Notes under the pieces: generated by a model
What the model was told of the DNA's origin: nothing
What the model saw: only the letters and a program-made list of their open reading frames with translations
Databases searched by the model: none
Shown here: in pieces, positions 14,035 to 27,895 of the stretch
Numbering within the stretch: the stretch's first letter is position 1
Layout: every line of letters begins with the position of its first letter
Made by a program: the position numbers and the translations under genes
Origin: Phoronis australis
Lineage: Eukaryota > Animalia > Phoronida
Assembly (NCBI GenBank): GCA_002633005.1
Contig: NMRA01000011.1
Span: 1,705,128-1,769,127 of the forward strand
DNA: 64,000 bases
Direction of reading: 5' to 3'

Positions 14035-14766
14035 CTTCTGGAACTCGTGGTTTTGTCTGCCATCTTGCACACATTTCTTTGAGCGTATGATCACTTGAAG
14101 GACAGTCAGGTAGACACATCCATACAGAACCAACACACTAGCAATGATGGTTAGAAACACAACCACCAGGAATATTCCGTAGTGTTTCTTCAAGGTCGTA
14201 GTGTTGTCCACGAAACAGTAATCCTCACTTGAATCATTGTCATGATATAGTTTTTGTTTAAAAGGGGCTGGTATAGCACAGATGGAAGATACTACTGAAA
14301 CCATGGCAACCATAATTTTTGACGTACGTCTGGAGAATATGTGATAGTAGTGAGGCCGACATGTAGCCAGGTAACGTTCTATGGCGATGCCGCCGAACGT
14401 AAACACGGAGGCAAAGGAAGTAGCATGGCACAGCCATTGCAGTGTGCGGCAGGTATAGACATCACTTACCACGCCAAGCTCATAGCAGATTATGAATGGG
14501 ATAACAAAAATGCAAACAGTCAGATCGATCACTGCCAGGAACATGATAAAGGGGTCAACAGGAGATTTGCCCCTCTGGCGGCTGATCTTCTTGCTGTAAA
14601 CGGTAATGACGAGTATGTTGCTGGGAATGCCCACCAGAGAGAAAATGGTGAGGACTATGACAAAGATTTTGTACTGATAGTCACACACTTGGACTGTCAT
14701 GTCCGTCCATTTACACATGAAAGTAGCCCTGTTACTCAATGTGGTTGTTGTGTTGCTGCTATACAT
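14035..14766 (-). CDS. Class A (rhodopsin-like) orphan GPCR, coding exon 1 (TM1-TM5), nested antisense in a PRPF6 intron
   Basis: ATG at 14766 (MYSSNTTT); TM1 GIPSN, TM2 FLAVIDL, TM3 Cys and GIAIERYLATCRP, ECL2 Cys, TM5 LYGCVY; phase-0 donor AAG|gtaatt. Confidence 0.9.
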
Positions 14767-17700
14767 GGTTAAACTCAACTGTCTACCTAGGTAGTGATTA
14801 GTGGACCACTCCTTATTGTTAAACTCAGCTGTCTACCTTGCAAGTCACTCCTTACTGTTACACCCATTCATCTTCTTAAGCCATTTCTGTTAGGCCACTC
14901 ATTATTGGGCAGATCAGCATTTGCTTCATTCCAAGTGCTCTTCACTGTCAATTCTTAAGTCCGTGGTTGTGATATCCACCATTTGCTAGCTTGCTGTTCA
15001 TTCAAATCAGTCTTGTAGATCTTGCATCTTTCTGACTGACTAAACGCGTTAAGATATTTCACTTGTGTGTCCACCTCTCCTTCATTCTGTTGTCTTGATG
15101 TCGGTATTGCTTGCATTAATATACTGGACTTGTGTGTTCCTGGCGCATGTAATTAACTATCCTAAACTTTAACAAGATGAAGGCTTCACTGCTGGAGAGC
15201 AGCATGGGCTTCCACTGTACATACTCTTCTGAGCTATGCGTGATGCATAACCTTCTTAGTAACAAGCCAGAGACAGAATGGATTATCAAACTCTCGTCTT
15301 ATGAGTTTCTAATGGAACCTGAAACCCCTCCTTCTAGCATCAGTTCAATATTGTAACAATTCACTTGTTTTTGATTGGCTGAACACCGATGGAATATTTC
15401 AGTTGAACTGTCACAATCTGATTTACTACATGTTGCCATGCCAACGAGTGCTATGCTCTTAATTTCTTAGTGTTAGTTACTCAGCTCTGTTCACCCTTGT
15501 TTGTGAGATGGGAGGACTTCACACCAACTAATGAATTGCTTTCCCTGGAGAGCACAAAACAAGCACACGTGTACTGCCTCGGTATTGTATCCAAGCCAGT
15601 CATTTAAATCAACTTATCGCTCAGTGAAAGAATCTTTCAGCAATTGTCTGATATTGCGTGAGCAGAATTCCTTCTTCCCTTTATTTATAGTGAGTTGTCG
15701 AGATTTTAAATCCAGTGTTCTTTTCTTTGGGCTGATACCAACTTCCAAGTATAAAGGTGATCATGGTTGTCTGATTTTGAGCCTGGTGAGATTATTGCGT
15801 TTGTTATGTTTTTGTCGAGACACAGAGATAGCGGGACTCAGGGAAATGTAATTAATTTTTCTTCACATAGTTATCTCCCCTTTTCACACCCAACAAAGTG
15901 GGGAGTGGATGTGTGACTTTTTAAGGACAGAAGAAAAATACTCTTGGTTTTCTTTAGAAGAACCTGTTGAATTTTAATCAGTTGAACAGTCCTGTTCTGT
16001 TTACTGTTTGCAAAGTTATGTAAATACTTACATGTCTTCAACAGTTTATCAATATGTTAACATCAAGTTCACTTCCTATTTCCAGCCATTACCTTGCTAT
16101 TCACTTAATTATGTAGAAGCTGAACAAAAGTCTAATAAATTTTAGTTCCATTAAACTCCTGCTTTTTCAAAGGAGAAAACCATCAATGCTACGCTTGTGA
16201 CACATTTTATGGCTCTTGGTCATCTCACTCATTGGAGACCTACTTGCGTCTTCTGTTTGGGGTGTTTTCCAAAGAGGGAGAAGAGGCTTATCACCACCCC
16301 TCACCGCTGTCGCCTATAGTTTTGACTACTTCAGTGTCCTCCATAGTCCAATTTAGATTTTGGATTACCACATTCACCTGTGTCTGCCAGTATCCCCTTG
16401 AGAATCTTCAGGGATGTTGATTGGCATGCATTGCTATCAAGCAGATGAGTTAATGTTTAGAATTTCTGGCTACAGTCCTGTATACTACTCGACTGTAGCA
16501 TTGCGATCAGTTAGGGATGCAGATTTTTCTCAAAACAACGGGTAAATGTCAAAAACGGCTCGTTTTCATGAATTTAAGTCATGATTTAAGATATTTTTCA
16601 CTGCAAAAGCAATTTTATCCCAATCTGTTCACGAGCTGATGGCTTGCTTGATATAGTGAGCACCCTGTTTAAGCAGTTATCAGGCATCACAGATTCTTCA
16701 TTTGGTCTGACATGACTGGGAAGGCTGCTCAAGGTGTGCAACTTTTCTGCTTAAGGTACACAGCTTATGCTTAGAACTGGTGCAAATGTTTTAGTAGCAA
16801 TGACAGCACTTAGGCCAAAATGAAGTATTCTCAGTCTCATATGAAAAAAATAGCCAGGAGACTGGTAGGAGGGGAGAACAAGGAAGTTAGACGACCATCA
16901 AGCACTTGACATGGCTCCGAAGTTTTGAGACATTCATCATGTAAATCGGAGTGATTTACTGACACTTTTCAGCCGATAAATGAATATGGGAGTCAAATGA
17001 TACACTTATTAGAAGTCGTTAGCAGTCTTGTATGTTGGTTTGAGGATCAAGCCACCAGACATAAATCAACGAGACAATGAAAGGGAAAAATCACTATTTA
17101 TAGTGAAGTAGTTTATAGCAAATCTAATGGTCTTGCAGCAGAAATATCTCGATTTATATGTACACAGCCGCAATGTTCTTGCATACTCCCACAACTATTG
17201 GAGGGTTAAGCACAAAATGTTGCCATGTTCATTGAAAAAACCTCCCCCAGTCAAACCTCACTTCAGTCCCAGATTTCTACTCATTTCACATGGGCGGCGC
17301 ACCATAGGGCGCTGGATAACTGAGCACCACTGGATCCTTCGGGAAAGTGTGAATGACCGGGCCAGTGCGATACCATTAATAAAGCTTACAGCAAGGTCAC
17401 AACAGGAAACTGCTACGATTTCAACACAAAAAGCTTTCAGCAGTCTATTTTCGATGCCAAAATGACGTCACTACCTGTTTTTCATTCGCCTATTTATCTG
17501 TGCGGAACTATGTGGGTATGTTCGTTTAGTCATATCTAAAGACTCATCTACTAGCGGTGAATGTAAAAAGGGTTTTAAAAGTTATGAAATGTTCCTTCGA
17601 TGTTAATTACTTTTTCGACATGGAATCTTTTAATTTGGGTTCAAGCCGGAAAGGTTGACTTCAAATTTACTGAGAAGTTAGTTTGAAACTGATTTCTGGT

Positions 17701-19271
17701 TCACATAAGGGAATGTCCTCTGGCTGTTATGATTTGCTTGGCCTTCTTTGGTTTGTCACTTCATTCATTCTTTTTCGTTTTGTCACTTGAAACTATGACA
17801 ACATTGGCAGTTCATTTCTCATTCAGGAGTGAATTTCCTGACTGAAAGTGATAAAAAGCCACTATTGACTTTGTTAGCACTCATTTTATAGTGAGATGTA
17901 TGCCTCCATGCATATTAATGCAATCTGTGTTTATTCTTGCAGAACATTTACTGTTCTTAGTTGAAGTCACAAAAGGCTGATCTGTGCAACCACATTAATA
18001 GGAAATTAAGTGCACAAATGAACAGTTCACCACAAGATTAAATTAAAAATTGGTTAACAAACTACTGAAAACGTTAAGTGTGTCATCTGCCTTTTCGCCT
18101 TATTTCCAAGCAATTGAGAACAGAGGCACTATATATATTATGTACATGACATATGTTTTCAGTATGAGTTGCTTTGAAGTATATCTTAAGAATTTTTGTC
18201 ATACATATACGTGACACAGTTTCATGAAAATTCCTTAGTTTGAAAATGTCACGAAATGCAAATAAAAGTTGTGTGGATTCTGGTTTTAGAAACATGACTG
18301 TTGTTATGGGAACTGTTTAGGACACTGTGAATCGCATTGGTATAAAGATTACATTCACCAAGAGTTTGAAAGGACTGCAGGGCCCTCGCTCAAGTGAGGG
18401 AAAGGTGCCTGCGCCTTCTAAAAGCCAGGGTAATTTTCGCAATGTTCTTTATTGAGAAGGGAATTTTTCCATCGTTTTTTTCTTAGAGGGACATTTTTGT
18501 GATGTTTAGTTACTGCGTTGCTTTTTATGACAATACTCTATTATGTTTTCTTCAATAAGAAAAAGTATCACCTCAAACAATAAAAAGTAATTAAGTCACT
18601 GTAAGTACATCTACCATTCATTTGTACAAGAGCGAGTGTAGGTGACCTATTGTCACATAGCGGATTCATCAGTCTAGTTATGCCATTAAATACATTTTAC
18701 AAAAGATTTGTACACACCAGAGACTATGGATACATTAGGGAGCTGTTAGCAAACATTCATGGCCATGGGGAAAATAAGTTTTAAAACCAACTATGGCAGC
18801 ACTACTAACAACTGAAAGTGAGTTGAGCATTGTTTGTAAGGAGCAGACTCCCATCTTGTACAGAACCAGCTTTGTGGTACAATAATGATGAATTTTAGCT
18901 GAATCAGTGTATAGCCTCACACACCCTTAAAAATTGACCAGTCTGTTCATGCACCTCAGTGAATAGACAAGAAGAGCAATGCCTAAACTTTCTTCTGACA
19001 GGGTTATTGAGCACTGTGAATACTTCTGATGAGCTAGGTGTGTCGTCTGCTGGAGATTGTTTCTGAGAGCACACCAAATTCATCAGTAAGACACTTTCCT
19101 GTATGTTTCTGTGCTGTGCCACATGACTTTTCTTAGTTCTCCTCGTGTAGAACTCGTTTGTGTGCCAATTTCAGCCGCAGACTCACGGAAGTTTTGTTTT
19201 GGTTTTGTTTTTAATACTCGAGAGTGAAGTATCACACAACTGGTTCTAGCACTCCTGTAGGTGGCACTTGC

Positions 19272-21534
19272 TTTATAAGGAAACCAGATTGTGACGTTTC
19301 CGTTGTCTGGTGACCTTGTGATTAAAGTCTGTGGATTTGAAAATGATATTTCTGAGGTTGTCTGAGGTTAAAACTAAGAGGAGAATTTTTGATAGTTCAG
19401 AGGGGACCTTTTTGACCTTATGAGGGGAATTTCGCATTACTTTTGGAGATCCAGAGAGCTTGTACTGGCTCCGAAGCTTGGATACTAGCAAAGTTTCTGT
19501 CAGTAGGAACATTTACCTCCGGTCTTGGATTGAAGTTAACAGCGGGAGTTTATTCCAAAATAAAGAGGTGGATTTATCAAGGAAGCATCGACGCTTTGGT
19601 AAAATGGGAGCACTTAACTTCGAAATCACCAGTTATCGACAGAGGTCACTGCATTTACCAACAGCGAGCAGTGACTGGTAAATATTTGTTGATATTTTGT
19701 TTTTCATATTTATTATATTGACATTATAAGCATTTTGTTTCAATCACTCCATGTGTTTGCTGACTTTTCAACAAAAAAGTTGCTGAACATAATTATGCAA
19801 ACCAAGTTCCCATCATACATCATGCTCCCTTTGTACAGATCAGCTGATACTTGTCGGCTTTGGGATAACAACAATGAATTAGTTGTCTGAATAACTCTGA
19901 TGAGTATGGTAATGCTTAACTGTTAGCCACTGTTAACATCAAACCTTGGACTGTAGTAGAGTTAAGGGGCCTTGACTTTCTTTGAAATTTGATCCACTGT
20001 AAGTGATCATAAGCAGTCTTCTTAATAGGGTATTTCCTGTTTACTCAACACTTCAGCAGAAGTATTACTCAAAGACACAAAACCTGATGAGGTTTCAAAC
20101 CTTTCCACAGCTTGATAAAGTGATTTCTATTTCTAAACACATTTTCAAGTTGTCAGCAAGTACAGAAAAAAAGCCTGTGTCGAAATTGGGCTGCTTCAAG
20201 TCAATGTCAAGTGACTCTTCTGTATTGTTTGATGGTAGAAATCAGTTGCCGTCATAGCAAAGGGAACTTGGAGACACATTTGTGTGAGTTATTTCATGAT
20301 TTCCATTTTAGGTAAATGTTGTAATTGGGTCAATAATGCCCTTTAAAATTCAAAACTAAGACTATGATCTTTCTATAATAATGAACCACAAATACAAGAC
20401 ATGTNTTTATAAGGAAACCAGATTGTGACGTTTCCTTTGTCTGGTGACCTTGTGATTAAAGTCTGTGGATTTGAAAATGATATTTCTGAGGTTGTCTGAG
20501 GTTAAAACTAAGAGGAGAATTTTTGATAGTTCAGAGGCGACCTTTTTGACCTTATGAGGGGAATTTCGCATTACTTTTGGAGATCCAGAGAGCTTGTACT
20601 GGCTCCGAAGCTTGGATACTAGCAAAGTTTCTGTCAATAGGAACATTTACCTCCGGTCTTGGATTGAAGTTAACAGCGGGAGTTTATTCCAAAATAAAGA
20701 GGTGGATTTATCAAGGAAGCATCGATGCTTTGGTAAAATGGGAGCACTTAACTTCGAAATCACCAGTTATCGACAGAGGTCACTGCATTTACCAACAGCG
20801 AGCAGTGACTGGTAAATATTTGTTGATATTTTGTTTTTAATATTTATTATATTGACATTATAAGAATTGTGTTTCAATCACTCCATGTGTTTGCTGACTT
20901 TTCAACAAAAAAGTTGCTGAACATATGCAAACCAAGTTCCCATCTTACATCATACTCCCTTTGTTCAGATCAGCTGATACTTGTCGGCTTTGGGATAACG
21001 ACAATGAATTAGTTGTCTGAATAACTCTGATGAATATGGTAATGCTTAACTGTTAGCCACTGTTAACATCAAACCTTGGACTGTAGTAGAGTTAAGGGGC
21101 CTTGACTTTCTTTGAAATTTGATCCACTGTAAGTGATCATAAGCAGTCTTCTTAATAGGGTATTTCCTGTTTACTCAACACTTCAGCTGAAGTATTACTC
21201 AAAGACGCAAAACTTGATGAGGTTTCAAATCTTTCTACAGCTTGATAAAGTGATTTCTATTTCTAAACACATTTTCAAGTTGTCAGCAAGTACAGAAAAA
21301 AAGCCTGTGTCAAAATTGGGCTGCTTCAAGTCAATGTCAAGTGACTCTTCTGTATTGTTTGATGGTAGAAATCAGTTGCCGTCATAGCAAAGGGAACTTG
21401 GAGACACTTTTGTGTGAGTTATTTCATGATTTCCATTTTAGGTAAATGTTGTAATTGGGTCAATAATGCCCTTTAAAATTCAAAACTAAAACGATGATCT
21501 TTCTATATAGTGAACCACAAATACAAGACATGTA
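19272..21534. repeat. About 1.13-kb near-identical tandem duplication joined at a single N (20405)
   Basis: 19272-20404 vs 20406-21534, with scattered SNPs. Confidence 0.9.
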
Positions 21535-22050
21535 TTTTGTGACTTTCGTTTTCAGACTTTTCTTTTTTTGAAACCCTGCCCTCTCGGCACAGGACAAAAA
21601 TTCTGCAATATATATAATTGGATGGAATTGTCATTTCCTACTGAACTCGTACAATATGAAATATTTCCATGTGCTCAATATTAGGGAAATTAGGAGCGAA
21701 AAACAGCTGGTGCCTTTGCGCTACACTCGAAAGAAAAATGGCGTTGCATAAAATAGTTATTTGCACTGTTAGGAAAAATTTATGTATTAATGTTGAGTTT
21801 TGTTAGGAAGAGAAACGAGCCCAGTTGTTGATTTCATGCAGTTTTCTTTCGAATTTATTGATGGAATATGGTGAGAATACCAATCTCGTGTGAAGTCACG
21901 TGAAAATTTATGACAGTCCAGATATTTACTTTGTACTAAACTTTTCCCACTATACTTAAGTACCATAGTAACATTTAGTTTGAAGTAAATTATCTTTTCC
22001 TACTTCGTTTAAACTTATTTTGATAACTAAAGAATGTTAGTATGCCGTAC

Positions 22051-22438
22051 TAAACTGGTAGTGGGGATGTCCTATTAGATGTGCCATGGTAGTCGGGAAG
22101 TCCTGTTAGATATGCCATGGTATTGGGGAAGTCCTGTTAGATATGCCATGGTATTGGGGAAGTCCTGTTAGATATGCCATGGTATTGGGGAAGTCACGTT
22201 AGATATGCAGTGGTAGTGGGTAAGTCCTGTTAGATATGCCCTGGTATTGGGGAAGTCCTGTTAGATATGCCATGGTAGTTGGGGAGTCCTGTTAGATATG
22301 CCATGGTAGTGGGAGAGTCCTGTTAGATATGCCATGTTAGTGGGGAGGTCCTGTTAGATAATGATGCCATGGCAGTGGGGAGGTCCTGTTAGATAATGAT
22401 GCCATGGCAGTGGGGAAATCCTATTAGTTATGCCATGG
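22051..22438. repeat. 31-bp minisatellite (about 12 units)
   Basis: Unit tatgccatggtattggggaagtcctgttaga. Confidence 0.92.
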
Positions 22439-23095
22439 CCAATAAGGACAGTAGAATATCCTGGTTACTGTTGAAGTCGCTTACCATAAACCCGTGTAAA
22501 ATATTATCCATAATGTCAAGATTTATTGTCATATTCCCAGATATTGTCATTAAAAATCAGCAAAGCTGATTCTAATCTGCCTTTTAGCATAGTGTGCCTT
22601 TCGTTTTCCATCCAAAACCAACTTAATTAATCTTCAATTCATTTGCCTGATCGGAACTTGACGCTGAAGGCAAAAGTCAATTGTTTCCTGTTTTTAGCTG
22701 TGTTACTCTCAGACTCTCCACTCAACGCGATCAACTTGTAAGAGTAGTTCCGATGACGCCAAGTGGCAACTCACTTAATGGAATACGCTGCTTATTATCA
22801 TTATGTTGAAACTTGAGCGTATGGCATTAATCGGGTTCTGCTCTATGCTTAATGCATTGTTCTCATAAACTCTCTTAGGCTTTGTTTTTAAAATGTTTCA
22901 CTTTTGCAATAGTGGTTATTTATGACATTCCTTTTTTGCTAAATTTCACTACGTAAAAAGACATTCACGCGACCCAATTGATGGGAGATTTGTAGTAAGT
23001 CAAAAATATTAACATACTTTTACCCAGTTAAAGTCTACAGTTTGTAGGTATTTGGGTAATTACGCTGGTTTGTCACTAAGGTCCTGTGGTGAAAT

Positions 23096-23255
23096 CAGCC
23101 TCCCATTCAGTAACGCTAGGACCTCGCTAAAAAGCAAGACTTCGCGAGATTATGTGAGATATTGCCGTGCATTTTAAATGTTGAGAGCACGTGACTTTGA
23201 CTAGGTTTTAGCTAGGTCCTAGCGTAGGTCCTAGCGTCTACTGAACGCACGCCTG
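23096..23255. mobile_element. Small MITE-like element (about 160 bp); an inverted, interrupted copy lies at 50269-51028
   Basis: Subterminal IR ttcagtaacgctaggacct / aggtcctagcgtctactgaa; two copies in the window. Confidence 0.75.
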
Positions 23256-24406
23256 TATTCGAAGCAAAATCAACAGCCCCAATCGAAGAACTTCAAAGTA
23301 AAACGTGATTCAGTTTCATCACCTTCATCTTCAAAGCAAGTCTGTCATGTTCTCGAGAAAGTTTCCGGTTTACCCGTGTGATGGTCCCCAATGTTGTTCC
23401 CAACAGAAAACGTGATATATGTAGACTCAATCACGTTAATTAAACAACAATTTTATGATTGACTGTAATTAGCCGAGGTTGCTGTGCCAAGTAAAAACTT
23501 TCACGAGGCCTTCAGCTGTGTGAAAAGTACTTACTTGATTCAGAAACATCGAGTAATAAGTTAAACATTCCTCTTTATAAAACACCAGTAGATTAGCATA
23601 CTGTTTTAATCCGTATGCGATCACCAATGTTAACCACGTCACATGACTCTACCTAACTTTTTCAATTACAATACACAAGACATATGACATTCTTATTGCA
23701 TGTATGCATCAAGACTTATGTGGTATAAAAGCTGTCATAATTATTTCATTAAATGAAGAAAAGTAGCACAATGCTAAAATACTGTTTTATAGATAATCAA
23801 TAATGTCCTACTAATGGGAAGATGGCAATTTACTAAATTTGGTTCTGTTCAGTCAGCTATTGAGGTTTGTCCAAACTGTCTTTGCACTTAAGATGAATGT
23901 GTCTTGACAGTGGACGTAAGATTTTGTGCTTTAATGAATTTTTACGGCTTGGGCTCTGTCTCCCTCGAATGTGTCCTCATGTTATGCAACGTTTAGTTTA
24001 GATTGGCTGGGTATTGATGCATTATAAAATATTAACAATCTGTATTTTTACTTGGCAATTTAATTTATTCTCGATATAAAATCAAAGAACATTTTGCTCA
24101 ACATTTAAAAAATACATCCAACAAAGATAATTAATCTGATGAACATAAGTACTGATAGCAACTGTTACGTCTGATTGGTATTTTTCAGTGCGATGTATTA
24201 TTTGTTTTATACATGTCCTCTTTCTCGGACAATTCTGTGTAAGTTGAGTAAATGTGACGAACAGACAGAGTGGACAGATGCTGTGAAGTTGTAGTATTAA
24301 TAATTACACTATTTGTTGTGGCTAGGATATCATTTTGTAATAATTCAAAGTTCAGTATTGAATCTTTATTGATTTTTTTAACTGATTCAAAATTAAATCA
24401 GCAGAT

Positions 24407-25721
24407 TATGAGGGTCGGAAAGGACAAAAATTGTGAAAAAAGAAAATCAACTCTGTTTTGTAAACTTAACTCTATTTAATGAAATCAATTCATTTAAAAT
24501 ATAATTAAATTCACTTCTGTTTGATTAACTCAACCCAATTGAAAATAAAAATCAAACCTGTTTGATAATTAATCTTAGTTCGCAAACTGAGTTCAAAGTA
24601 CATCCTGTTTAGAAGATTCGTTGTGTTTATAAAGTCAGGTACTCGTTTAAAGGTTTATGCTACACGCTTTAATTCACTCCCGTTATGGAGATTCAGTCAA
24701 CAGTCATAAACCAAATGTGTAAAATCAGCCATGTTTAAATAGAAAATTATCCTGTTTAGGAGATTCTGTTTCGCAAATCTTGTTGGTGGGAAGCAAAACT
24801 AGTCCATCACGTGACTGAAAATGGCGGAGCTCAACCTGTCGCTCGTTCATGATGTTAAAAATATTCATGAACAGATTCTTGCAGATGATTATCATGATGG
24901 AAATATCTGCCTAATTTGAGTGCTGTTTACACTTACAAAGTTGACACGGATCAGCTGACACGGAACAAGTTGTTCCAATGTGTAAACAGACTGTCACGAT
25001 GCAAATTGACACCGCGGTGACAAATTTTTGCCACCCGTTTGTGAGGTAGAGTAATTTGCGCCCGAACATCTTGCGCTGTGTCAATTTTAAGTCTTAAATG
25101 CGAAACTGGAGAAAGGCGGAAAGGATCATCTCTACTGCGGTTGTGCACTGACCTTCATACGGATTCTTTGTCTGCAACTCTCGTCATCTGTAAACCTGCG
25201 CATGTGCGATCCAGTCTCTCCAGCCTACAATTTTCGTCTTGCCACGGTTAGTGAGTTGTGTGTGTAAACGGCCGCTTGACACGGGTCAATTTGCTCTGTG
25301 TCAGTTACGCCGGGCCAAAAGTTGATGTCTAAATGGGACTTTGGAAGGAGTGGCATAATTACTAATGTGGGTCTTGGCCTTTCGCAGTCGAATTAATTTT
25401 AGGAATTGCCGATGAAATTGATGAAATAGACTGGATTTAATGAAACATGATCGATTTTCGTAACAGTGTTAGTTTAATTGTGAATCACCGGCATGATTGA
25501 CAAAACAAGGTTGATTTTATAAAACACGCTGGATTCTCCAAAATAGGTTCGCTTCTAAACAAGGTTGCTTTACATAGAATTGAATTTCCAAAACAGGAAT
25601 GATTTTTTTAAGCACTATTGAATTTACAAAATAAGATTTAATTATATTTTAAACAGGATTGAATTTACAAAACAGTTTTGGTTTTCTTTTTTCATAATTT
25701 TTACTCTTTCCGCGGCTCATA
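24407..25721. mobile_element. Degenerate non-autonomous TIR element (about 1.3 kb) with AT-rich subterminal repeats and a probable internal insertion (about 24920-25340)
   Basis: tatgagggtcggaaaggacaaaaattgtgaaaaaagaaaa vs reverse complement of ttttctttttcataatttttactctttccgcggctcata. Confidence 0.6.
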
Positions 25722-27140
25722 CACATTTGATTTTTTATCAAAATGAACAACATTGACTTATTGTCATTGTTTTAAAAATCCCTTTTAATCATTTTTAAAT
25801 CAGACTTGTCCTAAGCTTGTACAGACTTGCTGTCTGTGCCATGTTGCTAATGGTTCCGATGTATGCCCCTATTAATAATTAAGGTGGTGTTTAGATAGTT
25901 TTGAAGAGGATTTTAGTATCTTGGAATTTTTAAGTGCCAAGCAGGCAGTTGGTTCAGCATTGGTTAGTCAACAGCATTACATCCAAGACATAGGTGCTGT
26001 TTTGCAGTGTGAAGGAAAAGGCATTAAATTACATTTAAATTTTTGGTATATGTTAAGTTAATAAAAGTGTCAGATACTGGTCCTTATTAATAGTTAGCTA
26101 AATTTTTATTTTGTACTTGTGTTAGATTTATGAAAATTCACCCAGAAATATCTTTGGGCTTAACAAAAAGCTTCTGATGTCACATCATTGAAATTTATTC
26201 GCTTAAGGAGAAATTCACTTACTGGTTGAAGTGTGAGAAACACTATTTTGTGTGAAGACTTCGATTTTCTAAGTAATTAAACCATGCTGAAATCCTGGAG
26301 GCGTAGATCTTAGATGACTTATCAGCACTGGCTTGTTATTGATTGTCGATTGAGTGATAATAAGTTTGAATGACCAATACAGTGGGCCTTGCTGTTCCAT
26401 TGTTTTGGAGAGTCTGTTTCTCATATTTGTATGTTAAAGCAACTGGCCTTGAATGTCTAGTCGTTGTAACAACACGGCTTTTAAGGTTATACAGACCCTA
26501 GAAACATCTCAAAATTTGACCACATTCGGAACGCCATACCTTTGAAATGTCTAATATATTCATACGAATCTTTCCGATGCTATATTTTGTTCGTTTCCAA
26601 TACAACAGGGCTTGGCGTAAGCGAGTAAATGCTGAAACGTACAAGTGGAAAAAGTAATATTCTAGTAGAAAATTGGTCTCTCTCGTACGGCAGTTTTTCT
26701 CTTTCTTTTTGGTTGCCACTCTTTACGAGTCCATATCTGGGATTACGAATGCAAATGTGCCATCACTCATATTTTTGCGTGAAAATTTTTACCGGTGTCG
26801 AGTGCTGTTTAGTGTTTGTCGTCCAATCTGATGCACTTTAGTGTTGAACATTTTCATGGAGTGAAACGCCTACATATTGAAATAGCATGTACTCCAGCCA
26901 TTGAAATGCAACGTGTAGGATGTCTTATGATCAGTATTGGTGTGTCACTTCTCATGCATTATTCATGTGCTCACTTTTGGAGGCAAAAATGAAACTATAT
27001 TTAAGAGAAAATATACATTTCAATCAGTTATTATTTATATTGTTGGAAAAGAAAGTTATCTCATTTCATTTTCTTGCTAGGATCATTTATCAATTTATAT
27101 GCATATAGTATGGTAGCAGCCCTTTGTTAACACAAACTTC

Positions 27141-27496
27141 GTTGAAAGCTCGACTAGACTTTTTGTTTGAAAACTTGATACCGAGTCACTCATGGTGTCA
27201 GAACAGTCTCCTTTCTTCAGGTGTACAGCTATGTTGTAAAACACCGAGAGACGTAACAAACACTAGTTATATTTCGAGACTGCATGTTTCATCATCAGGC
27301 AATGAGTGGAATGAACATATAGGTAGTTAAATAAACAGTGAAATACACATCACAGCGGGAAGAGGGGCATACAAGCGGAGAGTGTGAATGAAACACGCGA
27401 CAGCAGGCCCACAACCCTGAAGAAAGGACATTGTTCCGACACTAGCGAGCGACTCGGTATCAAGCTTTCAAACAAAAAGTTTAGTCATGTTTTCAA
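27141..27496. mobile_element. About 80-bp inverted-repeat structure, Penelope-like retroelement remnant
   Basis: 27141-27222 is the reverse complement of 27416-27496; arms carry CTGAAGA motifs; internal hammerhead-like core. Confidence 0.5.
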
Positions 27497-27738
27497 TGCA
27501 ATTTATATCCCGATATAAATGAGTGAGGTTGTGAATGCTCAAAGGCGCCCTTCCAAAATACTGTAACCACATGCTGGGCCCTGAGCGTACTGCCGTATAC
27601 TTAGTTACCTAGAAATTCAAGGACTATACCACTGGATGTTTGATCTGCCTTCAGAAAAATGTTGTATAAGTTATTGTTAACAGTGTACACCCTGTTTCAC
27701 TGTGACTCTTGTTTGTTCATTCCTATTGTTGCCACCAG

Positions 27739-27840
27739 GTGATGATGAAGTCCGTGAAGTTGGAGTGGTGTCTGGGAGACATAGATCAAGCCTGCAGTCT
27801 GCTGGAAGAGTCTGTAAAACATTACGCTGACTTTCCCAAG
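27739..27840 (+). CDS. PRPF6: PRPF6 exon ([10 protein letters not shown]...YADFPK)
   Basis: ccag|GTG acceptor, AAG|gtaaat donor. Confidence 0.94.
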
Positions 27841-27895
27841 GTAAATATTATAGGTAACCCTGACACTTCTCGGGTAGTCTTGTTGTATTAGGGTG

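Larger units (their letters stand above)
11039..14340. repeat. Near-identical direct duplication around N gap (11039-12977 vs 13141-14340); the first copy has about 740 bp extra
   Basis: Direct comparison; breakpoints abut gap 12978-13140. Confidence 0.88.

Noticed and set aside
19272-21534. Real 1.1-kb tandem duplication or LTR pair with duplicated ORFs
   Set aside because: Joined at a single N, no LTR hallmarks or internal region, ORFs unrecognisable; probable assembly artefact.
22051-22438. CRISPR-like array of about 30-bp repeats
   Set aside because: Head-to-tail units with no unique spacers, no cas genes, eukaryotic context.
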